Below are positions 37,244 to 46,083 of a stretch of 64,000 nt of DNA, piece by piece; the stretch's first letter is position 1; every line of letters begins with the position of its first letter. A program made the position numbers and the translations under genes. The notes under the pieces were generated by a model that worked only from the letters and a program-made list of their open reading frames with translations, searched no databases and had not been told where the DNA came from. Source of the stretch: Dehalococcoidia bacterium (GTDB taxonomy: Bacteria; Chloroflexota; Dehalococcoidia; GIF9; AB-539-J10); contig JAXGQG010000004.1 in the NCBI GenBank assembly GCA_040766535.1, positions 25,936-89,935 on the forward strand, given 5' to 3'.

Positions 37244-38714
37244 CCAATCCTCCTGTCCCAATGCTACGGGGTGCGGTATCGGCCCCATTCTCGTCCTCGA
37301 TAATCGTGTCGAGATGGCGCGGCGCGATCTTCGATACGACGACCATGTGTTTGCCCGCGGGAGTTGGCATGATCCAGGGTACGGCTCTCACGGTCACGCT
37401 GATCTCGCTTCCCATGCTTCGGCTCAGGGTATGGCTGAGTTCTCGTTCTTGGTCCACTCTGGCGGTGGGATCCACGTCGTCGTGCCACACAATGAATGCG
37501 GTGACGCTCCCTATGTCCTCCTGGAGAATCTGGAACTGGCGGATTCCGAGCGCAGAGAATGCTTCCAGGTCTATGTCCGCAGCGAATATGCGTCTCCCGC
37601 TCGGGGTGACAATAAGCTCAGTTGTGCGGCCAATCATGTCCTTGAGGCGGGGCAGGCTGCGTCCGCAACGGCATGGTTCAGGGTCCGCGGAACCGATGTC
37701 ACCGATGGCGTATCGTATGAAGGGCATGGCGTAGTTGTGCAAGTTCGTTAAACACAATGAGCCGGTCTGTCCGGCTGGAACCGGCAGGCCACGCTCGCCA
37801 GTGATCTCAACGATTACGTCTTCGGCCTGCACGTGCACACCTTCATGTGCATCGCACTCCGCGGCGATATCGTAGATCTCGTACGAACTGTACTTGGAGT
37901 GCGGCTCGGGACCCCATGTGGCGCGGAGCAGGCGGCGCTCGTGCGGAAACAACTGCTCTCCTCCACATACGATCGCGCGCACAGGCGGCATCGACGCGGA
38001 GTGAATGCGAGCGTAGTCCGCGACGAGGGCGAGAAGGGGAGGTGAGCCACCGAGAGAAGTGAACCTCCCTCGGGAAAGCTGTGCAACAACGGCTGACAGG
38101 CTCTCATCGGAAAGGGAACCGTAGTTGATGGCAACTGAGCGCCTCACCCGCTGACTGGCGTCATTCAGGAGCTGTTCCCGTCTTCTCGCGTAGTGTCTCG
38201 GCCGACTCACGGTGGCGTGGCGGTCTCCGATGTTCACACCGGCCCATTCCAGGGCACGGAACGAACGGGCCAATCCACGGGAGAACTGATCCTCGACCGT
38301 ACTGTAGAAGTGCAGAGGTTCTCCTGTGGATCCACTTGTGGACGTGGGGCGTAGCGCAGATCTCGGGACGTTGTCAGCGATGAGGGAGTCACCAGCCGAA
38401 CGGATCGCCTGTCTGGTGAGCACCGGCAATATGGAGAGGTCCCCGGATGTTCGGATATCGTCGGGTGTGAGTCCCGCTCGCTGCATTATCTGCCGGTAGT
38501 ACGGCACATGTACGTATGCGTGCTTCACAAGAGCCTGCAGTCGCCTGGATTGCAACTCCTCGATACGTTCGGCGGGCCACCATTGAGACTCCTCCAGTTC
38601 CCGGAGGTGCCTCATGGTCCGAGTGCCGCGTATCAAGTCCATCGCCGGGGCGAGGCCGTAGCGGACGATCTGGTTGTACAAGCTCACGGTGCCCCCACGT
38701 GATGCGCGGGCCAT
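37227..38714 (-). CDS. PaaK/CapK/F390-synthetase-type adenylate-forming ligase, array copy 2
   Basis: Track ORF. An alternative GTG start at 38687 aligns better with the paralog N-termini. Motifs SQWWP, VPYYR, TSGSTGEP, RYAIGDIG, CRCGRSLP, AGKHM. Overlaps copy 1 by 17 nt. Confidence 0.85.
   Translation of the reverse strand: MARASRGGTVSLYNQIVRYGLAPAMDLIRGTRTMRHLRELEESQWWPAERIEELQSRRLQALVKHAYVHVPYYRQIMQRAGLTPDDIRTSGDLSILPVLTRQAIRSAGDSLIADNVPRSALRPTSTSGSTGEPLHFYSTVEDQFSRGLARSFRALEWAGVNIGDRHATVSRPRHYARRREQLLNDASQRVRRSVAINYGSLSDESLSAVVAQLSRGRFTSLGGSPPLLALVADYARIHSASMPPVRAIVCGGEQLFPHERRLLRATWGPEPHSKYSSYEIYDIAAECDAHEGVHVQAEDVIVEITGERGLPVPAGQTGSLCLTNLHNYAMPFIRYAIGDIGSADPEPCRCGRSLPRLKDMIGRTTELIVTPSGRRIFAADIDLEAFSALGIRQFQILQEDIGSVTAFIVWHDDVDPTARVDQERELSHTLSRSMGSEISVTVRAVPWIMPTPAGKHMVVVSKIAPRHLDTIIEDENGADTAPRSIGTGGLDGQIQ
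38575..38654. repeat. 80-bp near-identical patch shared with 37131..37210
   Basis: See the partner repeat. The mismatches are T/C, A/G and TT/CC. Confidence 0.7.
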
Positions 38715-38786
38715 GCGGTGATTCCGCTGGTTGACTCGCAGGCAGCATGGTGTACGCCGTACGCATACGACACGGCAGGGACTCCC

Positions 38787-40181
38787 TCACCCACATCCTT
38801 CTTGGTGGCCACGTCCGGATACCCGCGAAATCATGAACAGATGCTTGCCCTCCTCCGTCGGTTCGATGCGGTCCACGAAGTCGACCTTCAGAGCCATCTC
38901 AGAGCCGAGACTGGACTCGAACATGGCGAGCACCCTCTTCTCGAGGTCGTTTCTTTGAGCCTGGCCCGCATCGGGTGGAGCAACCAGCCGCAGTAGGACA
39001 CTGTCAACGCTCTCCTGGACGAGTTGATATTGCCGCATCCCCAGCAGGGCAAGGTCCTCCAGGAACAGCGTGCCGAAGAACACTCGCGAGCCGCTCCGCG
39101 TGATGAAGAACTGGTCTCGCCTGCCTACCAGTGCGCTGATACGGGGCAGGGTCCGTCCGCATGGACAGTCTCCCTCCACAAGTGATCCGGAGTCTCCGAT
39201 GTCATAGCGGAGGAAGGGCATGCCGTAATTGTGCAGGTTGGTGATTACGATCCGCCCCTCCGCACCCGGTGGCAGGGGCCTCCCCTCGCTGTCCAGGATC
39301 TCCAGCACAAGGTCCTCCATCGAAACGTGGAGCCCCTGGTGAGCACTGCACTCGGATGCGATTTCGAGCGCCTCGGATGAACTGTAGTCCGAATGGGGCT
39401 CGGCGCCGAAGACCTCACGAATGATGCGGCGCTCGTGGCTGAGGATCTGCGCTGCTCCCGTCACGATGGACGGTACCGCCGGCATCGGCACACCATTATC
39501 CTTGATGAATCCGGCGATCAGAGCGAGTGCGTTTGGATACGCACGGATTCCGGATAGGTGAGATTCGGCAAGGCGGCGGACCACCTGCGGAAGAACCTCG
39601 TCCGAGAGAATATCCACGGGGATATTCTGGCACCGCTGCAGACGATTGCTGAAGGATTGAAGTATGCGGCCACGGCGGGTCCTGGCGTAGTGAATCCTCC
39701 CGATCCGTGCGATGCGGTCGCCAAGCGCGATACCTGCCCAGGACATGGCGCGGATGCTCCGGGCGTATCCGTGGTCGATCTGGTCCTCCCTGGTGCTGTA
39801 GAAGCGCAGAGGAGTGCCGGTGGAGCCGCTGGTATTCATGGCGTGCAGGCGTCTTCGCGGCCAGTTGTCGGCGACCAGGCTCTCCAGGTTCTGCTGGACT
39901 TGCTGACGCGTGAGCACAGGCAGCAGCGCCAGGTCGGCCGCCGTACGGATGTCTGAAGGGGTCATATGGCGTTGGGTCATCACCTGCCGGTAGTACGGCA
40001 CGTGTTCATACGCGTGGGCGATGAGCCGCTGCAGTCTCAGGTTCTGAATTTCTTCTAAACGCTCTCTGGGCCACCACTGCGACTCTTCGAGTTCCTTCAG
40101 GAACCGCATGGTGTGCGTCTTCCTGAGTGTGTCGACAATCGGCGCCATCACGTGGCGCGCCACCGTGTTGTACGCGCTCAT
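38787..40181 (-). CDS. PaaK/CapK/F390-synthetase-type adenylate-forming ligase, array copy 3
   Basis: Track ORF; RBS GGGGTGAGG. Motifs SQWWP, VPYYR, TSGSTGTP, RYDIGDSG, CPCGRTLP, EGKHL. Confidence 0.85.
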   Translation of the reverse strand: MSAYNTVARHVMAPIVDTLRKTHTMRFLKELEESQWWPRERLEEIQNLRLQRLIAHAYEHVPYYRQVMTQRHMTPSDIRTAADLALLPVLTRQQVQQNLESLVADNWPRRRLHAMNTSGSTGTPLRFYSTREDQIDHGYARSIRAMSWAGIALGDRIARIGRIHYARTRRGRILQSFSNRLQRCQNIPVDILSDEVLPQVVRRLAESHLSGIRAYPNALALIAGFIKDNGVPMPAVPSIVTGAAQILSHERRIIREVFGAEPHSDYSSSEALEIASECSAHQGLHVSMEDLVLEILDSEGRPLPPGAEGRIVITNLHNYGMPFLRYDIGDSGSLVEGDCPCGRTLPRISALVGRRDQFFITRSGSRVFFGTLFLEDLALLGMRQYQLVQESVDSVLLRLVAPPDAGQAQRNDLEKRVLAMFESSLGSEMALKVDFVDRIEPTEEGKHLFMISRVSGRGHQEGCG

Positions 40182-41584
40182 AGCGCCTCACCCCGCTTGG
40201 TGACGAAGGGCCTTCGCAGGTCTTCGAGGTTTGACACGAAGGACAGTCGCTTCCCTGACAGGTTCATCTCGATCTCGTTCATGTATCGCACCTCAACTTG
40301 GGCGCTTCCGCGCAAATACGTGTTCAGGAGATCGGAAACGCGCCGCTGCAGGTGCAGGCAATCCGCACTCTGGCCGGGTGCCGCCGGTACAACCCTGAGA
40401 AGAAAGCGGTCCAGGGACTCCTGCACCAGCTGATACTGGACCGCGCCGTCCGGCAGTAGTGGCTCCAATGGGATATCCGTTGCCGCAACTCGTTCGCCTG
40501 ATGCCGAGCGCAGGTACTCACGGGTGCGCCAGACGAGAGGACTCATCAGCGGCAATCCTCGACCGCAGGGACACACGTCGCTGCGGAGCGTCCCGATATC
40601 GCCGGGCGCGTAGCGTATGAAGGGCTGTCCGTAGTTATGCAGGCTGGTGATCAGCAGATGCCCAGGCGTACCCGGTGGTACCGGCCGCGCCTCTGAGTCG
40701 ACCACCTCGATGATGAAGTCCTCGGCGAGTACGTGCAGGCCGTCCTTGACCTCGCACTGGCCAGCTACCTCGTGCAACTCGTTTGAGCCATAGCGTATGA
40801 AGGGAATGCTGCCGAACACCTCGGTTAGGATACGCTCCTGTCTCTCTGACAGCCGCTCGCCGGCAACGCAGACTGAGGGTATCCGGGGACAGCTCAGTCC
40901 GCCGTTCTTCATGAAAGCAGCTATCAGGACGAGCGTGCTCGGATATGAGTGCACCGTTCGCGGCCGAATCTGCTGCAGCAGGCGGGCGATGGCCGCGAGG
41001 TTCTCCTCGCGCACACTCATCACGTCCACCCTGGTCAGCCGCTGCAGCCGATGGCTTAACCTGGGAGGCGGCGTGATCTCCACACCCGAGGTACGTTGCT
41101 GCCTGATAGACACGTGTGCTTCACCCAGGTTCACCCCGGTCCATTCCAGGGTCAACGCCCAGCGCGCATAGGCATAGGTCAGCCGCTCCTGCCGCGTCGA
41201 GAAGAAGGTGAGCCGTTCGCCGGTGGTGCCTCCAGACCAGCCTGCTCTCAACTGGTCCCGGGGTACCGCATCACTGATAAGCTCGGCCGCGTGTTCGCGG
41301 ATATCGTCCTTTGAGAGAACAGACAGCAACCTAAGGTCCTCGGGAGTCTGTATGCTGTCGGGACTGAGACCACGTTCATCAAACATGCGGCGGTAGTACG
41401 GGACGTGGCCATAGGCGTGCTGCACCAGTGCCCGGAGGTGCGTGGCTTGTTGGACTTCGATCCGGTCACGTGGCCACCACTGCGAGCGTTCAAGGTGTCC
41501 CAGGCGGCTCATCGTCCCTGTGCCGCGCGCCACGTCGAACGCGGGCGCAAGAAACCGCCGCACCAATGCTGAGTAGATGCTCAC
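40178..41584 (-). CDS. PaaK/CapK/F390-synthetase-type adenylate-forming ligase, array copy 4
   Basis: Track ORF (GTG start). ATGA-type overlap with copy 3. Motifs SQWWP, VPYYR, SGGTTGER, RYAPGDIG, CPCGRGLP, SGKRL. Confidence 0.85.
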   Translation of the reverse strand: MSIYSALVRRFLAPAFDVARGTGTMSRLGHLERSQWWPRDRIEVQQATHLRALVQHAYGHVPYYRRMFDERGLSPDSIQTPEDLRLLSVLSKDDIREHAAELISDAVPRDQLRAGWSGGTTGERLTFFSTRQERLTYAYARWALTLEWTGVNLGEAHVSIRQQRTSGVEITPPPRLSHRLQRLTRVDVMSVREENLAAIARLLQQIRPRTVHSYPSTLVLIAAFMKNGGLSCPRIPSVCVAGERLSERQERILTEVFGSIPFIRYGSNELHEVAGQCEVKDGLHVLAEDFIIEVVDSEARPVPPGTPGHLLITSLHNYGQPFIRYAPGDIGTLRSDVCPCGRGLPLMSPLVWRTREYLRSASGERVAATDIPLEPLLPDGAVQYQLVQESLDRFLLRVVPAAPGQSADCLHLQRRVSDLLNTYLRGSAQVEVRYMNEIEMNLSGKRLSFVSNLEDLRRPFVTKRGEAL

Positions 41585-41696
41585 TGGAGTGAACTCCTGT
41601 TCGTTCCCTGTCGCGTCCTCATGCTGCGCCTTTCAATACCGGGGGATGAGGACCCAATCGTGTGCATGCTTGACTATCGCCGCTCCTCGCCGGGTG

Positions 41697-43076
41697 CTAC
41701 GTGTGCTCGTTTCCAATCATCGAGATGAGAAACAGGTGTTTGCCTGCGGCCGTTGGCTCGATGCTCTGAACTACCTGGACATCGACTTCCACCTCGGGCC
41801 CCAGCGTGTAGCCGAAGTGTGTCGCCACGCGGGAGGGAAGAGCCTCCACTTCGTTTGGAGACAGTCCCGATCCGGGCACCAACTTCACCGTGACATGGTC
41901 GACCCTCTCCTGAATGAACTGGAACCGGCGCACCCCCATCGGGCCCAGTGACGAAGAACCAAGAGTGAGTGGAGAGAGGCGCTTTCCGGATGGCGTGTGG
42001 ATGATGTTGCCCGTCTTGCCGACCACTGCGCCGATGCGCGGCAATTGCCTGCCGCACGGGCACGCGCCGTCCAGCACGAAGCTCTCGTCGTCAGTGTTGT
42101 AGCGGATCAGAGGCATTCCGTACTCGTGGAGATTCGTTACCAGAACGTGGCCGAATTGCCCTGGAGGCAACGGTCTGCCGCTGTCGTCCACGATCTCGAC
42201 GATGAGGTCCTCCGCGTTCACGTGCATTCCCTGGTGCGCCTCACACTCCATCGCGATCTCGAAGTTCTCGAAGGAGCTGTAGCACGAGAACGGCTGCCTG
42301 CCGAACACCTGGCGCAGCAGCGCTCTCTGCTCGTCAAAGAGCTGCTCTCCTCCTACGACGATGACGCCTACGTCCGGAGCGTCTCTCCCTGTGTCCCTGA
42401 TGTGCTCGCCGATGATGCAGATGGCGCTGGTGTAGCCGCGGAGGGCCGACGGTTTCGCCCTGGCGATCCTTTCGACCACGTGGGGGAGTGTCGCGTCTGT
42501 GAAGGTGGAGCAGTCGATGAACGTGTCCCTCGAAAGGCGGCTGGCGAGGGATTGCAGCAGACTCGCACGCTCGCTCCCGGGCAAGCGCCCCTTCGCCACG
42601 AGACAGGTACGGTCGCCCGGGTAGATTCCGGCCCATTCGAGCGCCCGCATCGATCTGGCGTAGCCGTGCGTCCATCGTCCCTCTCGCGATGCGACGAAGC
42701 ACAGTGGCGTTCCCGTCGATCCCCCCGTCTCTCCCTCCAACAGTCGACCGTGTGGGAAACCTTCGGCCAGCAACTCCGGAGACCGCATGCGGATGTCTTC
42801 CTTGGTCAGGATGGGCAGCCGTGGCAGGTCGGAAGGTCTCGCGATGTCCGCCGGGCTGATGCCATGCTCATCCATCAGGCGCCGGTAGTACGGCACGCGG
42901 TCATACACGTACCGTATGAGATGCTGTAGCCGCTGCGACTGGAGGTCTTCAATGCGGTCGCGTGGCCACCACTGCGACTCCTCGAGCTCCCCGAGACAGC
43001 GCATGCTGCGGGTGCCCCGAATGCGGTCGTATGCGGGTGCGAGGAAACGCCGAGTAAGAGTGCGGTAGAAACTCAT
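41697..43076 (-). CDS. PaaK/CapK/F390-synthetase-type adenylate-forming ligase, array copy 5 (most upstream)
   Basis: Track ORF. Motifs SQWWP, VPYYR, TGGSTGTP, RYNTDDES (DD in place of GD), CPCGRQLP, AGKHL. Confidence 0.85.
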   Translation of the reverse strand: MSFYRTLTRRFLAPAYDRIRGTRSMRCLGELEESQWWPRDRIEDLQSQRLQHLIRYVYDRVPYYRRLMDEHGISPADIARPSDLPRLPILTKEDIRMRSPELLAEGFPHGRLLEGETGGSTGTPLCFVASREGRWTHGYARSMRALEWAGIYPGDRTCLVAKGRLPGSERASLLQSLASRLSRDTFIDCSTFTDATLPHVVERIARAKPSALRGYTSAICIIGEHIRDTGRDAPDVGVIVVGGEQLFDEQRALLRQVFGRQPFSCYSSFENFEIAMECEAHQGMHVNAEDLIVEIVDDSGRPLPPGQFGHVLVTNLHEYGMPLIRYNTDDESFVLDGACPCGRQLPRIGAVVGKTGNIIHTPSGKRLSPLTLGSSSLGPMGVRRFQFIQERVDHVTVKLVPGSGLSPNEVEALPSRVATHFGYTLGPEVEVDVQVVQSIEPTAAGKHLFLISMIGNEHT

Positions 43077-43181
43077 CTGCCGTGCGGCCGCCTGGCCCGT
43101 TCACCCCATTATGCAGTGACCAGAAACGGTACACAACGGGCGCTGACACGGGTCTCCTGCCGGCGCCGGTAGAGCGGCGGA

Positions 43182-44985
43182 TTATTCTCTCTCACTTCTG
43201 GCCGCAGCCCTGAGCCGCTGCTGCTGCGTGAGCAGCTTCTTGCGCAGGCGGATGTTCTGCGGCGTGACTTCAACCAGCTCGTCTTGCGCCACGAAATCGA
43301 GTGACTGCTCCAGGCTCAGCTTGATCGGAGGCTCGAGCTTGATCGCGATGTCCGCTGTCGACGAGCGCATGTTCGTCTTCTTCTTCTCTTTACACACGTT
43401 CACCGCGATATCCTGCTGGCGGGGGTTGATGCCGACGATCATGCCTTCATACACCGCGATCCCCGGTTCGATGAATGTCTGCCCGCGCCCCTGGGTGTTT
43501 TCGAGCCCGTACGCGACAGCTGTCCCTTCGTCGGAGGCGACCAGGACTCCGCTGCGCGTCGGCGCCAGTTCCCGCCGCCATGGTCGGTAGCCGAGAAACA
43601 CGGAGTTGAGTACGCCCTGTCCACGGGTCGCAGTCAGGAAGGCACTGCGGAAGCCGATGAGTCCCTTGGTCGGAATGTGGTACTGCAGCCGGATGTTGCC
43701 GTTGCCGTCACTGTGCATGTCGACCAGTTCGGCCTGACGTCGGCTCAGCATCTCACTGATTACGCCGTAGAACTCCTCGCGGGTGTCGATGAGGAGGTCC
43801 TCCACAGGCTCCATGAGCGTGCCGTCCATGTACTTGGTGATGGCCTCGGGTTTGGACACCTCGAATTCGTAGCCCTCCCGGCGCATCGTCTCGATGAGTA
43901 TGGCGAGGTGCAGTTCTCCACGTCCCTTGACCAGAAAGGTGTCGGGACTGTCTGTGTCCTGCACCCTGAGACTCAGGTTCGTCTCCAGTTCCTTGTGTTG
44001 CGGCGCTTGCGCAACTGCCGGGTGGTGCAGAACTCCTCCCGTCCGGCGAACGGTGACGTATTCACGCCGAAGGTCATCTCCACCGTCGGCTCGCCGATGG
44101 ATATTCGCGGCAGCGCCTCTGGTTGCTCCGGAGCCGCCAGCGTGTCGCCGATGGTGATCTCCTTCATGCCGGTGATGGCCACGATATCGCCTGCCTCCGC
44201 CAACGGCACTCCATACCGGGTAAGCCCAAGGTGCGTGAACACCTCGGTGACCTCGAATTGCGTCGCTGAACCATCGGACGCGATGCAGACAAGTGATTGC
44301 CTGGGGCTGATACTTCCTCTCCATACCCGCCCGATGGCGATGCGGCCCCGCGGTTGTCGTAGTCCAGGTTCGAGACCATCATCCGAAAGGCGCCCTCCTG
44401 AATGACGGGAGGCGGAACGCGCTGCAGGATGCAGTCGAACAGCGGGGAGACGTCACGGCCCGGTGCGCCGGGGTCGGTGGTCACGGTTCCTTCCTTCCGT
44501 ACAACACCGGGAAATCGAGTTGCTCCGCGGTAGTGCGAGGTCGAGGAACAAGATCCCGAGTGAGTCGAAGCACGTCGGCGACGCGTGCGTCTTTGCGGTC
44601 TATCTTGTTGATGACCACGATGTAGGCAAGGTTCCGTCTCATTGCCCGGGCAAGCACGTAGCGTGTTTGCGGCATCGGTCCTCCGCCGCATCCACCAGAG
44701 CAGACACCCATCGGCCATGTTGATCACCCTTTCGACTTCGCCGCTGAAATCAGCGTGTCCGGGCGTGTTCATGATGTTTATCCTCACGCCCCGGTACTCG
44801 ACGGCGGTGTTCTTCGCCATGATGGTGATGCCGCGTTCTCGTTCCAGCGCATTTTGGTCCATGACCAGCTCCCCCCACGTTCTGATTGTCCCCGAACACG
44901 GTCGTCTTTATAGCGCGTCGACGAGCACCTTCCGGCGCTGTTCATCGTGAATGACACGCCGGCGGTGTTGCGGATGTCGTTTCAT
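43182..44985 (-). pseudogene. typA: typA/bipA translational GTPase, heavily decayed
   Basis: The C-terminal roughly 250 aa are intact in track ORF 43182..44324 (GRGELHLAILIETMRREGYEFEVSKPE...). The N-terminal two thirds are scattered over at least 3 frames: [45 protein letters not shown] (44164..44862), [34 protein letters not shown]...[11 protein letters not shown] (44481..44711), [18 protein letters not shown]...VNTSPFAGRE (43973..44242). The region where the P-loop AHVDHGKTT should be reads VIHDEQRRKV and is followed by an in-frame TAA. Confidence 0.8.
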
Positions 44986-45480
44986 AGTGCATTGTGGACT
45001 CCTGTCTATCGGTCTACCACGGTGATCCGGCATTGCCGCGCAGAACAGCCGCGAGCGCACGCGGCGGTGCCGCCGTGGGGGACTCCCCCGTAGGCTGGGG
45101 CATGCAGTTCAGCATTCTACGCATCATGAGTTTCCACCAGTGGATCTGGAACGAGAAGAGCGTCAGACGTGGATGGGTATCAGGCGCGCCGGACTGCCCG
45201 GTGGCCATGGTCTCGAAATCTCGAGCGGCGCAGGCAGAGCGCGCGAGTGAGTTCTGGGTCTATACCGTGTGTGAGCGGTTGCACTTCAATCGATGTAGTC
45301 CGGCCTGCCTCCGGCCGGAGAAGCGGCGTTTCGCCGCGGCCGACATATTGTATGTGGCGACGGGACGGCCGTCCAATCGAGGCCATACGTCCGAAGTGGA
45401 TGACTGGGCAGGGGGCCGGTCCGGGCTCATTCCCGAGACGTGAAGAAATCTCCCGTGGCTGGTCTCGTATGTAGCCGAAT

Positions 45481-46041
45481 TCAGTTGATCAACCCGGGTT
45501 GTGTGTGGAAGACCCGGCGTTTCACGATGCGGTGCCAGTCGTTATAGCACAGTATGCCCTGAAGCATGAGGCCTCCGAGCACCCCGTAGAAGAGCCCGGG
45601 AGTCACAAGAGAGAATCCATGGATGGCGCTGGTTGCTGTGGCCACAGCCGAAAGCAGCCAGTGATGCAGATGCAGTTCATGGCTTCGTATCGGGATGATG
45701 ATCGACCGAACGCGCCCTTGCAGCCCGCTTTCTGTCCCGCCGCAGACCTTGCAGACGGCGAACCCAGCGGCGCACCCGAGGTAGAAGAGATACCCGAGAC
45801 TGAAGCCCGCGGGCACAAGACTCAGTAGAACAAGTCTCTTCCTCAGGGTGCTGGCATCGATTCGCACGAGGCCCGAGGTCAGAGAAGAGGCCCTCCGTCG
45901 CCATCGCCCGACGAGGCCTTCAGAGCTCGCTTCTTGCTCAGTGGTTTGTGGGACAGCGCAGATCTGTCGCCATTCGTCGACTGGATAAGCGCCCTGACGC
46001 ATTATCCTGACATGGTAGCGGGTATGCCCTCCGGAGCGCAA
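45481..46041 (-). CDS. hypothetical membrane protein
   Basis: Track ORF. Hydrophobic segments (LVLLSLVPAGFSLGYLFYLGCAAGFAV; GLFYGVLGGLMLQGILC). Start uncertain, no family recognised. Confidence 0.35.
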   Translation of the reverse strand: MRSGGHTRYHVRIMRQGAYPVDEWRQICAVPQTTEQEASSEGLVGRWRRRASSLTSGLVRIDASTLRKRLVLLSLVPAGFSLGYLFYLGCAAGFAVCKVCGGTESGLQGRVRSIIIPIRSHELHLHHWLLSAVATATSAIHGFSLVTPGLFYGVLGGLMLQGILCYNDWHRIVKRRVFHTQPGLIN

Positions 46042-46083
46042 GCCTTGTTCGCGGCGGAAGATGTCGCAGGGCCACCGGCCGGC

